Source: Alphaproteobacteria bacterium
GTDB taxonomy: Bacteria > Pseudomonadota > Alphaproteobacteria > RF32 > CAG-239
Reading direction: 5' to 3'
DNA: 64,000 nt
Assembly: GCA_900769705.1 (NCBI GenBank)
Contig: CAAGHP010000002.1
Span: 15,633-79,632 of the forward strand
The translations under genes were made by a program, and so were the position numbers. Positions 59,091-64,000 of this stretch are shown one piece after another. Positions within the stretch are counted from its first letter, which is position 1; every line of letters begins with the position of its first letter. The notes beneath the pieces are model-generated. The model was given only the letters and a program-made list of their open reading frames with translations. It had not been told where the DNA came from and did not search any database.

Positions 59091-59118
59091 TGCATTTGCT
59101 TTTCAGCCGCGTAAAATA
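59091..59118 (+). promoter_or_regulatory. sigma70 promoter (TTGCAT-16-TAAAAT)
   Basis: Located upstream of the Gate-domain gene. Confidence 0.4.
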
Positions 59119-59141
59119 AACGCAAACAAAAGGAAATAAAT

Positions 59142-60368
59142 ATGTTGAATATTCTTTGGACTTCATTTTTTATCATCAGTTTTATTGCTGCTTTTATTCA
59201 GGCTTGCTTTTTAGGCAATCCGCAAATCTGGACCACACTTGCCAATCATTTGTTTGAAGCCGCAACAGGCGCTTTTCAGTTAGCCTTGAATTTAACCGGA
59301 ATGCTCTGCTTATGGCTTGGACTTTTGAAAATCGCCGAAAAATCAGGATTAACCGAAATATTTGCCAAAGCCTTGCGTCCGTTGTTCAAAATCATTATGC
59401 CGGATTTGCCGCAGAATAGTCCGGCTGTCGGCTCCATGGTTATGAATATGGCCGCCAACATGCTCGGACTAGACAATGCCGCCACTCCGATGGGACTGAA
59501 AGCCATGGAACAGCTGCAAGAAGTTAATCCACATAAAGAGAAAGCCTCAAAGGCGCAGATAATGTTTATTGTGCTAAATGCCTCTTCTTTAACGATTTTG
59601 CCGGTTTCTATTCTGATGTACCGCCACTTGCAGGGAGCATCCAACCCCGGCGCCGTGTTTGTGCCGATTTTGCTGGCCACATTATGTTCCACAATTGCCG
59701 GATTTTTAGCTGTTGCCATTACGCAAAAATTAGACATTTTCAATCGTAAAATGCTGGCTTATTTAACCGGACTAATCACTGTTATTGGCTTAATAAGCTA
59801 TGGCTTTTACAATCTTTCCCCCGAAAAACGCCTGACTTATTCAGAAACTTGCGGCAATGCGCTTATTCTTGGTTTTATAACCTTTTTTCTGATATTCGGG
59901 GCCTGCAAAAGACTTAATCTTTATGAAACATTTATTACAGGAGCTAAAGAAGGATTTCAAATCGCTGTGCAAATCATTCCATATTTAGTGGCTATGCTGG
60001 CTGCTATTGCGGTTATGCGCTATTCAGGTGTGCTAGATGCTTTGGTTTGCTGTTTTGAAAAAATATTTTCTTGGCTGGGCTGCGATACCGGATTTATCGG
60101 TGCTTTGCCTACGGCTTTTATGAAACCGCTTTCCGGCAACGGCGCCCGCGCTTTGATGATTGAAACCATGCAAACTTACGGCGCTGACAGTTTTCCGGCC
60201 TTTGTATCGGCCGTTATTCAGGGCTCGACTGAAACCACTTTTTATGTGATTGCATTATATTTTGGCGCCGTTAAAATAGCCAAAACAGGAGCTGCCCTGC
60301 CCTGCGCTTTGTTTGCTGATTTTATCGGCGTTATCGCCTCTATTATAATATCCTACATTTTTTATTAA
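59142..60368 (+). CDS. nucleoside-recognition (Gate) domain membrane protein, SpmA/SpmB-like fusion
   Basis: 408-aa polytopic protein with two Gate-like halves. RBS is AAGGAA. Confidence 0.45.
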   Translation: MLNILWTSFFIISFIAAFIQACFLGNPQIWTTLANHLFEAATGAFQLALNLTGMLCLWLGLLKIAEKSGLTEIFAKALRPLFKIIMPDLPQNSPAVGSMVMNMAANMLGLDNAATPMGLKAMEQLQEVNPHKEKASKAQIMFIVLNASSLTILPVSILMYRHLQGASNPGAVFVPILLATLCSTIAGFLAVAITQKLDIFNRKMLAYLTGLITVIGLISYGFYNLSPEKRLTYSETCGNALILGFITFFLIFGACKRLNLYETFITGAKEGFQIAVQIIPYLVAMLAAIAVMRYSGVLDALVCCFEKIFSWLGCDTGFIGALPTAFMKPLSGNGARALMIETMQTYGADSFPAFVSAVIQGSTETTFYVIALYFGAVKIAKTGAALPCALFADFIGVIASIIISYIFY

Positions 60369-60378
60369 GGAAACTAAA

Positions 60379-60816
60379 ATGAAAATTCTTGTACAAAAAG
60401 TTCTAAACGCTTCCGTAAACGTAAATCAGCAGCTTGTTTCACAAATAGACCGAGGATTTTTGCTGTTTATCGGCGTTGAAAAAGGCGACACTCATACTCA
60501 AGCCGATTTTTTGACAAAAAAAATTGCAAATCTTAGGATTTTTGAAGATGAAAACAATAAGATGAATCTATCAATTCAAGATGTTAAGGGAGAAATTCTG
60601 GCGGTGTCGCAATTTACCTTAGCCGCTGATTTGAGCCGCGGAAACCGTCCGGGATTTGAAAGCGCCGCTCGCCCTGAAGAAGCTAAACAACTATATGAAT
60701 ATTTTGTTGAACAGCTGCAAACATATAATCTTCCGGTGCAAACAGGTATTTTTCAAGCCGATATGAAAGTTGCGCTGGTCAACGACGGTCCCTGCACTTT
60801 TATTTTGCAAAAATAA
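60379..60816 (+). CDS. dtd: D-aminoacyl-tRNA deacylase
   Basis: N-terminus MKILVQKV..ASV.V, motif SQFTLAAD and Gly-cisPro-like NRPGFE are present. Length is 145 aa. Confidence 0.85.
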   Translation: MKILVQKVLNASVNVNQQLVSQIDRGFLLFIGVEKGDTHTQADFLTKKIANLRIFEDENNKMNLSIQDVKGEILAVSQFTLAADLSRGNRPGFESAARPEEAKQLYEYFVEQLQTYNLPVQTGIFQADMKVALVNDGPCTFILQK

Positions 60817-60824
60817 CCGCATAT

Positions 60825-60861
60825 AAAAAATCGGAAAACTTAAAGTTTTCCGATTTTTTAT
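60825..60861. terminator. bidirectional terminator (dtd / small-peptide array boundary)
   Basis: Perfect 10-bp stem ATCGGAAAAC ttaaa GTTTTCCGAT followed by TTTTTT. Confidence 0.8.
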
Positions 60862-61047
60862 TCATTTGTCTTTATTAAACATAATCACATTAAGACAAAT
60901 CCACATAAGAACAGCCAAAAACATAACGACTGTTTTCAACATATTGCGCAGCATCTCATCAGGCTGAACAGTTTCTATATAAAACACCAACAACGCAATA
61001 AGCAGCATCAGCGCAATAGCAAGCACCGATAATTTCTTTTTAGTCAT
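60862..61047 (-). CDS. small hydrophobic protein, 61 aa, 2 TM (array gene 1)
   Basis: MTKKKLSVLAIALMLLIALLVFY... lies 9 bp downstream of array gene 2. Confidence 0.5.
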   Translation of the reverse strand: MTKKKLSVLAIALMLLIALLVFYIETVQPDEMLRNMLKTVVMFLAVLMWICLNVIMFNKDK

Positions 61048-61056
61048 AAGCCAATC

Positions 61057-61482
61057 TTAAAATTTATTAAACAACAATAAAGAAACATACAAACGGCTAA
61101 AATAATTGCCAATATTGTCAAAAATCTGCCCCCAGTCAACTAATAAAGCAAAACCGACAGCAAAAGCCAACACCAAAGCAATAGTAAAAATTACCGAACG
61201 CAATTTGACAGCTAGTTTATTATACTCTTGATACTCGAACAAAGCCAAATTGCCGTAATTACTATATTCTTCAGCTTTTTTCAGCTTTTCTTTTTTAAAC
61301 ATTTTCAAACTTGGCAACAAGTCAAAGAGCCAAGAAAACAGCAAACGGCTTATTGTGACAAAAACAATAAGGCCAACCAGTGGCAATGTTTCCTCAACTG
61401 TTGTTACAAACGGCGCCAGAGCTATCAGTACAATCAAGATAATTGTGAGGCTCCACTTCAAATAATAACCATTCATACGCAT
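61057..61482 (-). CDS. small membrane protein, 141 aa (array gene 2), paralog of 62253..62729
   Basis: TM helices at both ends. C-terminal LLVDWGQIFDNIGNYF aligns with WKVDWLPIFHNVKEWL of the 158-aa protein. Confidence 0.55.
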   Translation of the reverse strand: MRMNGYYLKWSLTIILIVLIALAPFVTTVEETLPLVGLIVFVTISRLLFSWLFDLLPSLKMFKKEKLKKAEEYSNYGNLALFEYQEYNKLAVKLRSVIFTIALVLAFAVGFALLVDWGQIFDNIGNYFSRLYVSLLLFNKF

Positions 61483-61519
61483 AAAAATTTAATGAAACAT
61501 AAATATAAAATTTGCTGTT

Positions 61520-61547
61520 ATGTTAGCATTCATTAGATTTTTGTCAA
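61520..61547 (-). promoter_or_regulatory. sigma70-like promoter (TTGACA-16-TAACAT) with conserved AT-rich leader
   Basis: Leader ...caaattttatatttatgtttcattaaatttttatgcgtATG is near-identical to the leader at 61814-61841. Confidence 0.5.
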
Positions 61548-61565
61548 GATTTAAATAATAAAAAA

Positions 61566-61598
61566 CACAGTCTTCTCAATGAAGACCGTGTTTTTTTT
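61566..61598. terminator. bidirectional terminator
   Basis: CACAGTCTTC tcaat GAAGACCGTG followed by T8. Confidence 0.7.
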
Positions 61599-61635
61599 GG
61601 GAAATAACAGATTAAAAAATCAGATAATTAGAATT

Positions 61636-61770
61636 TCAGCTAAAGAGCGAACACACCCAAGCAGAAAAATTTCTAATGTTTTCAATCCAATTAACCATCA
61701 AAGCCAAAATGAACACCACTATACCGCAAAATAAAATGGTGACTAACCATCTAAAATAATAGTTATACAT
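61636..61770 (-). CDS. small hydrophobic peptide, 44 aa, 1 TM (array gene 3; below the ORF-track cutoff)
   Basis: MYNYYFRWLVTILFCGIVVFILALMVNWIENIRNFSAWVCSLFS. It has its own promoter and terminator. Confidence 0.45.
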   Translation of the reverse strand: MYNYYFRWLVTILFCGIVVFILALMVNWIENIRNFSAWVCSLFS

Positions 61771-61813
61771 ATTACAAAAAAATTTAAAATATATAAAAAT
61801 AAAATTTGTAATT

Positions 61814-61841
61814 ATGTTACCATGTCTCAGTTTTTTGTCAA
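61814..61841 (-). promoter_or_regulatory. sigma70-like promoter (TTGACA-16-TAACAT), duplicate of the 61520 promoter
   Basis: ttgacaaaaaactgagacatggtaacataattacaaattttatttttat... versus ttgacaaaaatctaatgaatgctaacataacagcaaattttatatttat... Confidence 0.5.
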
Positions 61842-61855
61842 GTTTTAAAATAAAA

Positions 61856-61892
61856 AAGACTGTAAAATTCTTGCGAAAATCACAGTCTGATT
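61856..61892 (-). terminator. terminator of array gene 4
   Basis: GACTGT ...18 nt... ACAGTC followed, on the minus strand, by TTTTTT. Confidence 0.5.
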
Positions 61893-61897
61893 TTTCA

Positions 61898-62179
61898 TTA
61901 ACGGAACATCATTAACAGTATATCATTTTGGACTGAATTTTTTAAGGCTCCGGTTTTTGCCAATTTTCTGCCGATATGAATATCATAGACGCACAACAGA
62001 CAGAAAATACAAAACAAAGCCCCCGCACCCGCAATAACGCTATGAAAAACTATACCAATCAAAGCAAATGCTGCACAAAAAACAATCAATACACTGAAAA
62101 CAATCTTCTCACTAATTAAACTCATCTTCATAAAAATTTTAAAAACACAAATATATTTTATCAATTTTATATATAGCAT
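61898..62179 (-). CDS. small membrane protein, 93 aa (array gene 4) with glycine-zipper-like helix
   Basis: ...FHSVIAGAGALFCIFCLLCV... Confidence 0.5.
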   Translation of the reverse strand: MLYIKLIKYICVFKIFMKMSLISEKIVFSVLIVFCAAFALIGIVFHSVIAGAGALFCIFCLLCVYDIHIGRKLAKTGALKNSVQNDILLMMFR

Positions 62180-62198
62180 ATTTATGTTTTTCCGTCAA
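62170..62198 (-). promoter_or_regulatory. sigma70 promoter (TTGACG-17-TATATA)
   Basis: Minus strand reads ttgacggaaaaacataaatatgctatatata. Confidence 0.55.
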
Positions 62199-62205
62199 TA
62201 CAGTT

Positions 62206-62240
62206 CTATAAAAAATTGCAGAAGTTTTAGCAACCTCTGC
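62206..62240 (-). terminator. terminator of array gene 5
   Basis: GCAGA ...13 nt... TCTGC followed by a T-run. Confidence 0.5.
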
Positions 62241-62252
62241 AGTTTTTTTAAC

Positions 62253-62729
62253 CTAGCTGATAATTCCGCTAAAGATAGAGCCTATGGTTTGCAGCCATTC
62301 TTTTACATTATGAAAAATCGGCAACCAGTCAACTTTCCACCCCAGCAAACCTACGGGCAGAAAACAGATACAAAACTTAACCGCATCCAGCTTGATTTTT
62401 CTGAACTTAATCCTAAATTCGGCATCTTTTTCTTTTTCAAATTTTTCCTTAGCCTCGCCCCATTTCTTTTCTGCTTGCGCACAGGCTTCATCAATATCTT
62501 TGCCAAACTGTTTATGGTCGGCCAGAAAAACCAAAAAGCAATGAACAGACGCCAAGCTTAAAACAAGCATAATAAACAGAGCCAAGCTCGAAGTTTTATC
62601 GGACAGAGACAAAGAAAAAATAAACATACTGCCCAAAAATATTGTGATAACAATCATTGTCACAAATTCGGTTACAGAGATTTTTTTCTCATGTTTAGCG
62701 ATAAAATCAAAATAAAAATTCATAAGCAA
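62253..62729 (-). CDS. small membrane protein, 158 aa (array gene 5), paralog of 61057..61482
   Basis: N- and C-terminal TM helices flank a charged KEKFEKEKDAEF middle. It shares the VDW..IF.N motif with array gene 2. Confidence 0.55.
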   Translation of the reverse strand: MLMNFYFDFIAKHEKKISVTEFVTMIVITIFLGSMFIFSLSLSDKTSSLALFIMLVLSLASVHCFLVFLADHKQFGKDIDEACAQAEKKWGEAKEKFEKEKDAEFRIKFRKIKLDAVKFCICFLPVGLLGWKVDWLPIFHNVKEWLQTIGSIFSGIIS

Positions 62730-62811
62730 AAATAATTTAAATGAAACATAAAAATAAAATATTGCCTAAAGTTTATGACTTTTTATACTTTTGTCAATAT
62801 CAAAATAAAAA

Positions 62812-62848
62812 AGTCCGTAAAATCCTTATGAATTCTACGGTCCTCTTT
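62812..62848 (-). terminator. terminator of array gene 6
   Basis: GACCGTA ... TACGGAC hairpin followed by T6 on the minus strand. Confidence 0.45.
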
Positions 62849-62856
62849 AATTATTC

Positions 62857-63072
62857 TCAATCATTCCGAGGCAGAATGTCAAACAAATCTACCAATAGAC
62901 GGGCGGCCCAAAGTAAACAAGCTCCGGCAAAAATACCGACAGCACCGGCAACAATAGCACCTAAACAAAATACGGTGCTCGAAACTAAAATCAAAACAAT
63001 TCCGGCAATTACAGCTAAATAAGTTATTACAACTGCAAAATTGTGGAAATAAAGCATAAGCATTTTACGCAT
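62857..63072 (-). CDS. small hydrophobic protein, 71 aa (array gene 6) with GxxxG glycine zipper
   Basis: ...LGAIVAGAVGIFAGACLLWAARLL... Confidence 0.5.
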   Translation of the reverse strand: MRKMLMLYFHNFAVVITYLAVIAGIVLILVSSTVFCLGAIVAGAVGIFAGACLLWAARLLVDLFDILPRND

Positions 63073-63166
63073 AAAAAGAAAGATTTAAAAATTAAACATA
63101 CTAATAAAAAAACTATTCTAATAAAAACACGATTCAATATTTTTGTCAATATCACAAAACAAAAAA

Positions 63167-63200
63167 ACTGCAGAAGTTGTTACTCTTCCACAGTTTTATT
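63167..63200 (-). terminator. terminator of array gene 7
   Basis: CTGCAGAAG ... CTTCCACAG imperfect hairpin followed by a T-run. Confidence 0.4.
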
Positions 63201-63206
63201 AAGCAC

Positions 63207-63383
63207 TTATTTTGCATTTTCCGAATTACAGATAAATACAAAAGCAAACAAAGTCATATAAAACACAAACATAATCGCTGGCGGATATGCTTCCATCTCC
63301 ATAACATCAAGACAAGAGAAACATACGATAATTCCCAGCATAATCACAGCCATACAGCCACAAACAATGCCCAACATTTTCAT
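63207..63383 (-). CDS. small hydrophobic peptide, 58 aa (array gene 7; below cutoff)
   Basis: MKMLGIVCGCMAVIMLGIIVCFSCLDVMEMEAYPPAIMFVFYMTLFAFVFICNSENAK. Its ATG overlaps the stop of a 30-codon upstream ORF (ATGA). Confidence 0.4.
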   Translation of the reverse strand: MKMLGIVCGCMAVIMLGIIVCFSCLDVMEMEAYPPAIMFVFYMTLFAFVFICNSENAK

Positions 63384-63472
63384 AGTTTTTTGTTAATTTT
63401 CCACAAACAAACCATGACAAACACTAAACACATAACTTCAAAAATTTCGATTACTAAATTTGCTACAGCCAT
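63380..63472 (-). CDS. tiny hydrophobic ORF, 30 aa, translationally coupled to array gene 7
   Basis: MAVANLVIEIFEVMCLVFVMVCLWKINKKL. Its stop overlaps the next start. Confidence 0.3.
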   Translation of the reverse strand: MAVANLVIEIFEVMCLVFVMVCLWKINKKL

Positions 63473-63533
63473 AACAAAATATTTTAAATTAAACTTAATT
63501 ATAAAAATTTCATCGCGCCACGCTGTTTATGTT

Positions 63534-63635
63534 TTACTTATCGCCATGTTTGTCAATATAACCCATAAAAATTCCGGCCATACCTAAAACACACAAGATT
63601 AGTAAAAACGCGGCAATCATTATAAAATTTTCCAT
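63534..63635 (-). CDS. tiny hydrophobic ORF, 33 aa (array gene 8)
   Basis: MENFIMIAAFLLILCVLGMAGIFMGYIDKHGDK. A TTGACA lies about 65 bp upstream with a conserved ttttatttttatgtg leader. Confidence 0.3.
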   Translation of the reverse strand: MENFIMIAAFLLILCVLGMAGIFMGYIDKHGDK

Positions 63636-63716
63636 ATGTTAATAATTTTAGTTACACATAAAAATAAACTTATATGTTTGTCTTATCTTATTTTCTTGTT
63701 TTTGTCAATAATTTTT

Positions 63717-64000
63717 CTAAAAACTTTGCCGCAGCCATAGCTGCCAGCTTTCGCTGTTGCGTCCGATGTTGTGACTGCCCTCATAGCCGATTTCCAGCGA
63801 TAAATTATCGGTTATGCCTAACGAAGCGGCAGCTTTATAAATCAGCCTGTCGCCAAATTTACTGGTAGCCCATGTTTTTTCGGCATTAAAATGCAGACGC
63901 ACAACGCCAAAATCTTTCAAAATACCAATTTCCGGCGCCAATCCGCCCCAGCTGTTGTGCGGAATAAAACCGCCATATGCGCCGTTTATTTTCAGCAAGC
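63717..64000 (-). CDS. outer-membrane beta-barrel protein (Omp25/Omp31/OmpA-like porin family), 3' part; continues beyond window
   Basis: Frame is open to the window edge. The C-terminus ...EIGYEGSHNIGRNSESWQLWLRQSF* ends in the beta-barrel terminal Phe. Confidence 0.5.
   Translation of the reverse strand, partial: LLKINGAYGGFIPHNSWGGLAPEIGILKDFGVVRLHFNAEKTWATSKFGDRLIYKAAASLGITDNLSLEIGYEGSHNIGRNSESWQLWLRQSF

Noticed and set aside
1-64000. Search for tRNA/rRNA genes, CRISPR arrays, IS elements or integrases.
   Set aside because: No tRNA-like T-arm (GGTTCGAnTCC) or D-arm consensus was found. There is no rDNA, no repeat-spacer periodicity and no transposase or integrase-like ORF. Direct and inverted repeats seen are terminator hairpins or coding repeats.

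Overview
This 64-kb window looks like the chromosome of a low-GC (about 38% by eye) Gram-negative bacterium, probably a proteobacterium, with many E. coli-like sigma70 promoters (TTGACA-17-TATAAT variants) and clean hairpin-plus-T-run terminators. Several signs suggest a host-associated or genome-reducing lifestyle: a secreted ankyrin-repeat protein, two truncated gene remnants, an orphan MerR regulator, and a half-complete YejEF ABC system. Most of the window is housekeeping: envelope and replication genes (rlpA-like, dacA, tmk, holB, tatD), rsmB, lpxA, a Y-family polymerase, pheA, rnd, aspS, ugd, ldh, ybaK, gatCAB, sppA, plsC, ftsEX, dnaG, gyrA, a MoxR/DUF58/TPR module, uvrD, thrS and dtd. 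Three things do not fit that ordinary picture. Hypothetical proteins at 5.8-14.6 kb are each driven by their own strong promoter, and two of these proteins (5881 and 7240) share a homologous N-terminal domain, while their promoter/leader is near-identical in three transcription units (5822, 7169, 9819). A secreted protein is built from six tandem 21-aa repeats. At 60.8-63.7 kb there is a dense array of at least nine tiny hydrophobic-peptide genes on the minus strand, arranged as repeated terminator / promoter / conserved leader / ORF cassettes; this is the most unusual feature in the window. I found no tRNA, rRNA, CRISPR array, transposase or integrase by eye.
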